Position numbers and translations under genes: made by a program. Shown here piece by piece: positions 52,236-64,000 of a stretch of 64,000 nt of DNA. This DNA is from Chrysomallon squamiferum (taxonomy: Eukaryota > Animalia > Mollusca). Position 1 is the stretch's first letter. Every line of letters begins with the position of its first letter. Under the pieces are notes generated by a model, which made no database searches, was not told the origin of the DNA, and saw only the letters and a list, made by a program, of their open reading frames with translations. The stretch spans positions 11,222,001-11,286,000 of the forward strand of contig CM022677.1 of assembly GCA_012295275.1 (NCBI GenBank), read 5' to 3'.

Positions 52236-53161
52236 CCCATGGGAAACTTTACTCAGTGTCATTTCACGTTGCTTTCCTTTAATTTTCATTTCTTTTGAAA
52301 AATCAAAGAGTATAATACTATAAATTCTTCTTCTTCTTCTTCTTATTATTATATAATTCCATTTTTGTCAAGGTTTGTTTTAATTATTATTATGTGTTTT
52401 CTGCATCATTATAAAAAGAATTTTAAAATTAATATTAGATAAAACTTCCGGCATGAAAGAGTAACATAGACATAAATGTTCTTGTTGTCATAGAGATGAA
52501 ACTTTTATTAATTAATTAATTTATTTATTTTAATAACCTTTTTTTTCTTTCTTTTCATCTTTTTATTTTCTTTATTTCTTTCTTTATTTTTTTAATAATT
52601 TCCTGAATTGTTCTTTTATTTTTAAATATTTCACTTTTAAATATTTGGCTTGTTTTTCAATTTTATCTTATTTGCTTCTATTCACTGACTACTTTTTTAT
52701 ATCTAGTCACTACTTTGTTCATTTACTACACAATTAAATCTGCTACAGCAGTCACTGTATTACCAATCCAGTTGTTATTAGTCCAAATTTGTGGCATCTG
52801 AAATTTTTCAAATATAGTACAACCTCTGTAAAACAGACACTCTTCTTTGGTGACTGCATTATGCAGGGTTTTTTCTATTTTTATCCAGTGTATTAAAAAA
52901 ATCTATGAAAACATCAACAAACCACCAAAAACGTTTAATAATAATGTTTATATGTCAGTTAATAGTTTGTACTTACATTTTTATTCCTGTCCATTATTTC
53001 GCTTTAACTTAACTAAATCATCATATTGTACTAAACAGCTCTTTGCTGATCTTCACAATAAACCATGTGACTTTGAACCCACTGCATGGTATTTTCCATT
53101 CGAATGTATGCAAGAATTGCTTGTTCAGAAGCTTATAAAAAACACACTGAAGTATTTATTA

Positions 53162-53239
<78 letters not shown>

Positions 53240-53501
53240 GTTATTATTATCACAAACAACACATTGTTATGGTTTGTGATCAGAAAACTTGACTAGTTCA
53301 AATGTTTATTTATATAAATATAAAACTGATATTCTAATAAGCACTGACAATATCAAGGAAGATGGTCTCTGGATTAGTGGTTAGCCCATACTGATAAACA
53401 GAATATACTGATTAGTAGAAAATGGATCAGTGATAATCACACATGGATTATTGGTTTCAGAAGGTGATTGACAGCTGGTTGGTTGCAGGAACACTGTCCT
53501 C

Positions 53502-53553
<52 letters not shown>

Positions 53554-54284
53554 AAATTTCTTTCTTTCTTTCTTTCTTTCATATTGTAAGACAATGAAAT
53601 TTTTTTTAGAGGCAGAATGAAAAGCAATGGGAAATTAACAATGTAAAAATGATTATTCATTTCCAGTGCATATGTAAACATTCTCATATTTATTTAAAAC
53701 TAACATCTAGTGTTTATCATTGCTACATAATAACAAAATTTAATTTATAGTTCTACATTTTCACCAGCCATGTTATTTTATATAACTTTTTTATTTATTT
53801 ATTTCTGTTGTTTTTTATGATGGATTTTTTTCTGTCAGTCACTATACCTTAATATTTATCTTTTTTTATTTACATAATTATTAATAATTTATTTATATAA
53901 GTAATTAATTTAATGATAATATTTGTTTTGGTTTTGTTTTAAGCATGAAGTAAAAAAAGAAATAAATATAAAATGATTTTAAGCATCTTCATCAGTAAAA
54001 AACAAACAAATGAATCCATTCTGTCATGTGACTTGAATAAATTTGGATCATTCCATTTCTGTTTGCAGGGAGATGAGATTCTGTGACTGCCCAGACATAC
54101 ATATGACAAACTGATTTGATTTGCAGTCTGAATGTGGCTGCTGATGGACCTAAGGTGGTTGTTGCTGCTGATGAAAGTTTACAACTTCTACTTGAACCTG
54201 GAGACGAACCTGCAGACAATTCATGATAATGATAATTGTATTAATTAATGTGATTTAGATTAGTTTTTTGGTAAGGTATGTACA

Positions 54285-54451
<167 letters not shown>

Positions 54452-54658
54452 GGTTATTCAGAAAGAAGGTAAGGTCTCACATAAAGAAAATCAGATTTGT
54501 ACTTACACTCAAATTTTAGAATTTTATATTTTATTGAAACAAAACCATGTTAAATCTGTAAGAAATGATGTCATGGAGTAAAAAATTTGGGGTAAATGTA
54601 GAGAAAAAAATAAAATAAAAGTCTAATATAAAAAAATGGGGTGTATGTAGAGATAAAA

Positions 54659-54691
<33 letters not shown>

Positions 54692-54798
54692 ATCTACATA
54701 TGTTGTTTTTTCTTTCATTATACATTTTATTTCATTACATTGGAATGTGGGTTTTTCTAACTTAATTTTATTTGTTTCTGCTTTTTGAGTTGTGAGAA

Positions 54799-54843
<45 letters not shown>

Positions 54844-56588
54844 GGGCTTCCATATTTATTTTATTTATTGTGTGTTTTGTATGTTAAAAGTGCGATCTAC
54901 TGTACCAGAGAAATTTATTTCTGTAAAATACTTTAAATTTGAACACAAAGATCTGTTGTTTTCTTTTATTATTATTATTATTTTAATTTCTTTGCAAATA
55001 TCTTCATCATTATAATAATTTATTTTCTGAGTGTCTTGTTTTAATAAAAATATTAATTAACAATAATTAATAATATGTCAAATATAATAAGAAAAAAAAT
55101 CACATTTATGAGTGAAATAAAAATAGATTGTAAAATAACAAATAAGTAATAGTTAAATCTAATATGTTTGGTTTGTTTCATGCTATATGCAGACTGCATA
55201 GATTAAATATTTTTTAAAATTAAATTGTCTTTTCCTTTCTGGTTTTGTTGTTGTTTTCTTTTTTTTTCTCCAGCCTAAAATTTAATTTTAGCGAAGTTAA
55301 TATTATAGAATGAAACTGGATTCACAATATTTTGAATTTAATTTTTTCATCTTTTTTATGTATATATATATTTCATTTTATTTATTTTATCATTATTTTA
55401 ATTTATTTTCCTTTACATATCCAAAAGTGATATACATCATCATCATAGGTTATTCCCCCTATCCTGATTTCCCCACCACTACTTTTTCTCACCATATTTT
55501 CATTCATAAAGCATTTTCACTGCATTTAATTGATTAAAACTGAACTTTTTTCTCTCCATTTTCATATGAATTCACTCTGATTCCAGTTATTGTTTTGCAT
55601 TGCATTTATATATATATATATATATATATATACATTTCACTTAATTTCATTTAATTTTCGTTATTATTTACAACCAACAGTTTTGAAATTTATGTCACAT
55701 ATTTTTATAATAAATGTAACAAAATAAAAAAAATAAAAAAATAAATAATAATAATAATTGCTTGTGTCAAATATAATTCATATGGCGTTTTCTATAAGCC
55801 TATAACATTATGCATAATTCTGTTTCTTTTCTTTTTGTGATTTTTGTTTCACGATGTCTTGTATTTGCTTTTTACACTTGAATATTGGCTGTGATACTGA
55901 TAGCCTTACCTTTTTCCTGTGAACAGGCAGATATCTGTATATAAAAATCTCAAAGCTTGTTTCAGATTTGTTGTGTTTTTATTTTTGTTACCTCACTATT
56001 AACTAAACTGTGAAGACTGAAAAAGTTCTTCATTACAAGTTAACACTCAAATAACACTCAAGCCAAAACTGAAACCAAAAGCTGAAGCAAACAAGCCTCA
56101 AGTTGTGGGTCTGTGGCTGGCACACTTTAAATGAAACATCAAAAGTCAGCTAGAAGATAAAGCATGCAATGCGGCAAATACATTTTGTGTCATACTTTTG
56201 CGTGTTTTATGTTTTATCTCTGTTATGTTTATCACTGTGTGTGCAACTATATAAGTATACATTGTTGTGTTTTTTATGTTTTCCTCCATAATATGTGTAA
56301 TATTATTTTTTATCTATTTAAGTAAACATTGTGTGTGTTTTATACGTTCATTGCTATGATTATATCTGTATCTATATAAGTATACTTTGTGTATATTTTG
56401 TATGTTTTCTTCTGTATGCTCTGTGTATCAAGGAATATATTGCTGTTGTCTTTTTCTTTTTGTGTTTTTGTGTTTTTTCTGTGTGATATCTGTATTGCTG
56501 TCTATATCAACAATGTCATTTGTAATAATAATAATAGTAGTAGTAGGTCGAAGTTTTAGTAGTAATAGAAGTAGTAGTAGTAGTAGTA

Positions 56589-56622
<34 letters not shown>

Positions 56623-57678
56623 GACGAAGAAGAAAAGCAAACATTAAGTAGTTTAATATATATGTGTGTGTGTATGTTTGCGCACGCCCGCTTCTATCTG
56701 TATATGAACATATTTGTGTGTAAATGTTACTAAACATATATTCGTATGTGTATTTATAAGGAATCAATATTCTGTTTTATTACGTTTAGACTGCACAATG
56801 AGAATAATCGGAATGCAGTGGTATGCAAGTACATCTGTGTATATACATATGTTTATAAATGTATATGAGGGTATCTATGTCGTATGTATGTGATTGTGTA
56901 TATAGATAAAATTATTACAGTTAATGTTCATATTCGTGCTATTATTGTTATTGTTGTAAAATAAATAAACTGATCCAAAAATAACAGCAACAAAAACAAC
57001 TTCAACAACAATAATAATAATATTCAAAAAATAAATAAATAAATACAAAAAAATTACTTCAGATCGAAGTTCCGCCCATGTGCCCCTGCTACGTGAATAT
57101 TGTGAATTGGTTCCCTAATCAAGCTAACTTGAACGTGCACACTAAATAAAGACGAAACATGAGCGCTAACATGAGTGTCTTTTTTCTTCTTTCTTTTTGT
57201 TTGTTTATTCATTTGTTTGCATTAAAAGAATAACTAACTAAATAATAATGAACAAATTAAACTTAATTTAATGTGTAAGACAGAATTTTATAAAATATCT
57301 CGAGCAGAATAGTTGAGAATGCTAATGATCGCCAAAACAATAATCCGTATTAGCCGTTAATAATAAATTTATAATAAATCTCAACAGTGAACTACTTTGT
57401 ACTACACTGATATTATACACATTAATTATATTTACAGTTATATTTACAGTCAGACATATATACAGTTAGTTGTCTATATAGGTAGCTAGCTATACTGACA
57501 AGAGATCAAGAAACAATGTAAAATAGTTTTAAAATTTAAATGAAATAATGACAGAAGAATTTTATTTGTTATCATATAAATATTTTGTTACAGTTTTGTT
57601 CGATTACACTTGAATATGTACAAATATATTTTAAATACAACATTCTTTTAAATAAAGTACTTTATAAAATAATAGAAT

Positions 57679-57753
<75 letters not shown>

Positions 57754-57945
57754 AGAGATTAAATGACAAAACTGGGTGAAAATTTCAAAAGTAATTCATA
57801 ATAAATAAATCTTATATTTAAAAACAAAAATAAATAAGATAAACAAATCAACTAAATTAATTACCTTACAATAAATAAATAACTGATTTTCAGTTTATTT
57901 ATCAGAAAGAAACAGTTAAGTGAAACTTAGCAGACAGTTTCAAAT

Positions 57946-59348
57946 TTACTGTTTACACCATGTAAATATTTTTATTTCATTGTTATCTTTCACATAGAGT
58001 TTGTTGTTATCACAACAGACAGACAAAGGTTGTGACAGGCCATCCTGGCGTGTGAGGATGTCACGTGTAATGTTACCATCTCGTGACAACTGAACAACAC
58101 AATTTCTATCTTCACTACAAACAAAAACATTTCCCTCCCTGTCACATGTAACACCTGTCAAGTCTGTCAGTTTGTCTGAATCACGTGACTTCCATTTGAC
58201 GTCACCTGATGACGTCACACAAACTACACTGTTTACAACTGACACAACAATCAGACATTGATCGTGAACTGTGAGACACGACGGTCTGGGGATCAAATCT
58301 GTTGAGATAGAATTAATGAGCTGACCACTGTCTGTCAGTATGTCCAAGCACTGACTAAAGTACCCAGTGACCGCGAGACGGTTGCCAGGTAACACAGCGA
58401 TAAACTGATACTTTTTAACAGTTTTAACCTTTTTTATCAGTTTGAAGTTTTCCAAATTTAAAAACAATATTTTACTTTCCCGTGGCAGAGCAACAACAAG
58501 AACAACATCACCCCGCAGATCACGTGATTCAGCAAGACCGCGTGGTTTAGAGGAAGTGTTGTATCTTTTTATCAGTGATTTTCTTTCTAAACAAAAACAT
58601 TTTACACATTCATTGTTATAATCACCAACAACAATTTTACTTTTGTCTGCACCTGACACCAGCAGGGAAACCAGAAAAGGATTCAATTTATCTTCTTGTG
58701 TTTTTATGTTAATGGTGTCTGTGTGTTTAAGTGTGTATGTCTGTCTGTCTATCTGTGTGTCTGTGTGTTGTGTTTTTGTGTTAGTGGTGTCTGTGTGTTT
58801 GAGTGTGTCTATATGTGTGTCTGTTTGGATGTTTGTGGATATTTCTCCAATGTGGATTGACATTTCTACCTTTTTATCAGATTTTATCAGATTTACTTTA
58901 AACTTTGCTTTTTCTATTTGGGAAAGAGATTTGGACAGAAACTCGGAAGTTTGGTTTTGAAGTTTGGTGAATTTTGAAATATTTATTTTTATCTCAGCCT
59001 CTGATTCACATTGTAACAAATCTTTACCTAGTGTAATCATTTTTTCGTTTTCTTCAATCAGATATTTATGTTCAGTAAACAGTTTTTCTATTTCTGAGTT
59101 TACAAAGTTCTGAGATTTTTCTATTTCTCTTATTAACCTGTCTTGTTCTTTGTGGACTGCGGCAGTAAAATCTGTGATTAGTGTGTTACCAATCCTTCTG
59201 ACCTCTTCTGTAGTGACCACGACGTTGATGTCGATGGCTTGGCGAAATTGCTCAATCTTATCATCCATCTCTGTCTGAAGAATTTCTTTAAAGGTTTTGA
59301 GACTTTCAGAAACAGAACTCAGAAGTGACATGTAATCTCCCTTTTGAG
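57946..59348 (-). CDS. TRIM-like E3 ligase, coding exon 2 (coiled coil, T/H/D-rich linker, NHL-like beta-propeller)
   Basis: Long open frame. Acceptor tatttcag/ at 59349-59350. A heptad-rich helical segment is followed by blade-like repeats (IVVGDYNNECVK, PRGL, PSCLTV, LTGVTCDREGNVFVC, PLSVCCD). Confidence 0.88.
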
Positions 59349-59620
59349 CTGAAATAAATAAATAAATAAATAATCAATCAGTGAATTAATTAATTAACTA
59401 GGACTACTTATTATTAATAAAGATATGTCTACAATGTGATGTTTTAGAATTTATTTTATCAACTACTTTAAAAATCTGAGTAGAGAAATGTCATAAATAA
59501 AATGTTCTCAATTGCTTTAGACTGTCATGATTAACACAAATATCTATAGTTAAACAATCACTAAATGTTTTTTTTTAGTATTTTATTGTAACGAATCTAA
59601 ACACAACACTGCTGACTCAC

Positions 59621-59906
59621 AAAACTTTGATTGTAGCCGATCATTAGCAGCGTCCTGTAGTGAATGGTTTATAGGGAATTGATCTGCCCATGTATTCACT
59701 GGTTTCGTGCTGTCTGGGATGTGGACATCCTGCCTGCAGAACGGGCAGGTGATTTGTGTGTCGTTGTTGTCGTAATTATGACTTATATAGTCCTGCAGGC
59801 ATTTGCTGCAGAACGAATGTCCACAGTTTAACATTCGCGGCTTCTTGAAAAGTTCCGTACAAATGTAGCACGAAAGTTTATCATCGGAGTTTGCAGCTGT
59901 TGCCAT
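59621..59906 (-). CDS. TRIM-like E3 ligase, coding exon 1 (RING-HC)
   Basis: MATA...CYICTELFKKPRMLNCGHSFCSKCL...ITCPFCR...FPINHSL is a TRIM-type RING with its FPxN motif. The donor T/GTGAGT at 59620 (phase 1) splices in frame to 59348 (..KF-S-QKGDYMSLL..), giving about 562 aa. Confidence 0.9.
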
Positions 59907-60505
59907 ATCTGTGAATAACAATAACAACAACAACAACAACAACAATAATAATAATAATAATAATAAATATTTAGAGATAACAAAGAACACGAGTTGAAAA
60001 CCACTGACTGTAGTAAGAAAACAACAAAATAAACATCTGAGTGCACAAGAATGCTGCAAGGTAATTTCGCTAGTCATGCTCCAACTCGTAGGTGTAAAGT
60101 AAAAGAAATGGAACCTTCAGCGAAGTAATGTATTCTGTGTAATAATTATAACGTCAGGTTTCAAAATCTCAGAATAAACAAATGACATTGCTACTGAATA
60201 ATAATAAAAAAAATAATAATAAATAAATAAATAAACATATACGATATAACAAAGTTTTAAATTTTATTTTAAAATTTGTTGTATCGTAAGCCCTGCAGGT
60301 AATTTCTCAGTAGTAGTGATGGTAAATAAATCTCTAAATCGATATTTTTTTCTTAATGAAAAATGTAATATCCGGAAATAGTTCTGTAGTCCTCTGCAAT
60401 TTCAACTTGTGACTGAAGTTGGTTTTGACAGACGACACACAGTGAGAAGAAGATACCAACTCAAAAAAGGAACGGTTGTAAGCTTCAGTGCTTATCTTTC
60501 TTTTG

Positions 60506-60537
<32 letters not shown>

Positions 60538-61148
60538 TTCTGAAAGATTTTTAATCTTGTGGTAAACAGCAATAAAAATCATAACTAACGTAGTATATAA
60601 TATCTGAAGATTAATTAAAATTACAATGGTTATCAGAGTATCTCATTCATGTACTAATAATAGACACAGCGATTCGTTTGTAGAAGGATACAGAAAAATA
60701 CTGTATTTAACCACTGGATAGAAATTGTTTGTAGTTTTCCTAGCTTTTAGTTATGTATTTATTTATTTGTTATTTCTTCTTCTTTTTTTCCTGTATTCCA
60801 AAACAAGAAGAACAGAAATATGTACATATCCATGTATGAATGTATGTGTGTATGTGTGTGTGTTTGTGCACATATACATACACATGCACATACTATCAAA
60901 CAGTAATTAAACATTCAGATAATATAGTGAATAAGAAAAAGATTGAAATGTGTGTGTGTGTTGTTCAAAAAATGATATGGATTTTTAAAAGGACTGTTAG
61001 AAAACTGTACAGTGTTTGATTAGATATAACGTTTACAGACATTTCTATCTGCACCTAATTAACTTAATAATCGATGTACGTGAAATAAATTGATTTATTT
61101 ATCATGAGGTCAAACTCAATACTAAAACTGATAACATCAACACAGCAA

Positions 61149-61204
<56 letters not shown>

Positions 61205-61297
61205 CAGTAATAATAAATAAATAAATAAATAAAAATATAAAAATACACATATCCAAGAAAACTAAAATTGGAAAGTATTCCATCAACATGAGTTCTC

Positions 61298-61449
<152 letters not shown>

Positions 61450-62344
61450 AATGCAACTTTCATAAAATAAAATGGAGTTCTTACTTGGATGGATATTTTC
61501 TAGCAAGGCGATGACAAAGAAGCTGTGTTGCCGTGGAAACCAGGTTTCAGTTCTATGAGACAAACAAAGAAATACGTGGTCTAATATACCCGCTTGAAGA
61601 GAACTTTGACCATCTCGTGATGGAGATAAAATTCAGGTGAGTATGACATTTGTAACTTTCTCACTGCTGTTAACTTGTATTACATTTTACTTAATAGAAC
61701 ATTTATTATTACTATTATTACTAGTACTATTATTACTAAAACTGCTAATAGTACTATTGCTGCTACAGCTTTACTGCCACTACTACTAACAATAGCACTA
61801 AACTAGTATTAGTACTTTACTTCAATTACTTTAACTACTGTTACTCTATTTGATAAAACTACTTCTAATTCTACGACTGTCAATACTTCTACTATTAGCT
61901 ACTACTGTTATTACTGTTATTACTACTACTACCACGCTGTTACCAGTGTTACTAATACTGCACGTGTTAATACTAGACCTGCTGCTACACCTTTATTACT
62001 ACAACTGCTACTACTACTGTAACTATTACAATAACAACTGCTATTTCTAATCTTGTAATTCAGATTTCTTTATGATCGCCTTTTTTAATTATATTAACAA
62101 TATCATTTGTTTAGTCTGTTTATATTTAGTTACGTATGTTCAACTCGTGTATAATTAATTTATTACTAAAACACGTGCCAGTGATAACATGACTTATTAA
62201 TCTGTCGTGTCAAGAGCAATGTTTACTTCTCTGTTCAGCTTGTTACTGAAACACGTGTTAGATATAACATGACCTACTAATCTGTTTTGCCAAGACTAAA
62301 GTTGATTAAATATAGATAAAGATTATTTCAGTACAAAGTCAACT

Positions 62345-62423
<79 letters not shown>

Positions 62424-62979
62424 AGTTCTTAATAAATAAAACATTTTAACGCCCGAATAGAAAAGATAAATAAGTAAATAAATGAGAAAAAAAACATTAA
62501 GACTAAATAAATAAACATTAATAAACAGCAAATAAAAAATAAACAAATAAACAAATACATAAATAAACAAGTTAACAAATAAATAAATAAATAAATAAAT
62601 AAGTAAATAAATAAATAAATAAGTAAATAAATAAATAAGTAACAACAATAATACTAAAAACAGTAAGAAAAGCAGAAATAGTAGTGCTGGCAGTACAAGG
62701 AAAAAGTAACAGCTCTGCCAAAAATAATAAAAGTACTGAATCACGTCAACTATCTAATTAAACTGAAAACACCTTATCTGTGTTCATAGACGCCACATTT
62801 AGTCAAAATGTATCAACAAGTTAAGAAAAAAAAATTAATAATAAAAGAATAATAAGAAAATGTTTTCTCGGTGTTCATTTCTCAAAATTTGCTCCAACCT
62901 GCAAGAAAAACAAATTTAAAAATCAGTATTTTAAGTAGTTCAAATGACTAAAAATTAAAATCTACCGCAGTAACCTTAA

Positions 62980-63710
62980 TAATAGTTTTAAGGTCAGGGT
63001 TAGAAATAGACTTTGCATAAGAATAAAAGTGAGGCTCTTCTTTAGGGCTTTAGGTTAGGGTTATGGTTCGGGCTTGGATTATGTAAATTGTATTATGAGT
63101 GTTATGATAAAGTGGAAAATAATTTTAGGCTCACGATTAGAAGTAGCGTTAGCATATGAATCAAGGATCGGGCCTTGAGTAAGATTAGGTTTAGAAGTTC
63201 GGCTATGGGTGAGGATTAGGCTTAGGATTAGGGTTAGTGTTAGGATTGTTCAAAATATATTATTGAGTCTTATGATAATCTGCAAAACCGTTTTATGATC
63301 AGAGTTAGTGTTGGCATTAGAATTAAACTTAACGACTGCGTTAGTGTTAGGAGTAGCGTTAACATAAGAATCCACGTTGTGGACTTGGGTAGGATTACGT
63401 TCAGAAGTTGAGCTAGGGTTAGGGTTAGATTAGGTTAGAGGTTAGATTAGGTTAGAGGTAAGATTAAGGGTTATTGTTTGGGTTAGGCTTAGGATTACGG
63501 TAGTGAGGAAAATAGTTTTAGTGTCAGAGTTAGAAATCGTCTTTGCATAAGAATGAAGGTTAGGTATTTCTTTAGCTTAGGGTTAAGGTTAGGGTTAGGG
63601 TATTGTAAATATTACTATAAATGTTATAATAATATGAAAAATAAGCTTAGAAAAACATTAGAAGTATCGTTTGTGTAAGAATTAAGGTTTGGGGTATTGG
63701 CATTAGAATT
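62980..63710 (+). repeat. Degenerate tandem repeat rich in TTAGG/TTAGGG motifs
   Basis: ggttagggttagg tracts interleaved with longer recurring blocks (aatagtttta..gtcag.gttagaaat...ctttgcataagaat at ~62981 and ~63511; ttag.agtagcgtta.cata.gaatc at ~63137 and ~63347). Confidence 0.75.
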
Positions 63711-64000
63711 ACCTTACGTCATTAGTTTTACACTATCAACAAATTCTACCGTGTATAAACAAAATTCTGAGACGAAGATGATGTAAAAATGACACTAACT
63801 TCGTCCTTCAGCAAGCATCATAATATTATTTTAGATGTCGTAATATGCGACAGTTTTGGCAGCCGGAAAATAACGATTATCCCAAATAAATCTTTCTTTG
63901 GAAAATGATTTAAATTGAGAATGATAAAAACGAATTATCAGATATTTTCTTTTTACGTGCAGCGTCACGTAAAATACCACACAAACAGAAAGATTCATTT

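Noticed and set aside
53992-54219. Minus-strand exon-like island
   Set aside because: No recognisable domain and no partner exons could be linked.
61504-61636. Plus-strand exon-like segment ending in a strong CAG/GTGAGT donor
   Set aside because: All three frames have a stop from the ctag acceptor. A shorter version from 61551 is open but cannot be assigned to a gene.
63040-63600. True telomere or chromosome-fusion site
   Set aside because: The motifs are short and degenerate, with no long pure array and no head-to-head CCCTAA tract.

Overview
AT-rich, microsatellite-dense animal genomic DNA, possibly molluscan (a weak inference). It holds two apparently intact genes: a single-coding-exon TOPORS/ICP0-type RING protein (3090-3983, +) and a two-exon RING/coiled-coil/NHL-like TRIM-type protein with no B-box (57946-59906, -). 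Decayed LINE, hAT and Tigger elements, several minisatellites and an old three-block direct segmental duplication carrying a decayed multi-exon gene make up much of the rest. The main unexplained signal is at 1-2320: a 1138-bp unit present in both orientations, with five pre-miRNA-like hairpins per unit (ten in total). The hairpins share a nearly invariant 22-nt 3' arm (UAGCACUAGCAAAUGCUGGGAG), while their 5' arms and loops vary but keep strand-specific G:U pairing and a downstream CNNC motif. A seed plus 3'-supplementary match to this 22-mer lies about 180 nt after the stop codon of the neighbouring RING gene (4163-4180), suggesting a linked amplified-miRNA/E3-ligase-target module. All calls were made by eye; no folding, alignment or database search was run.
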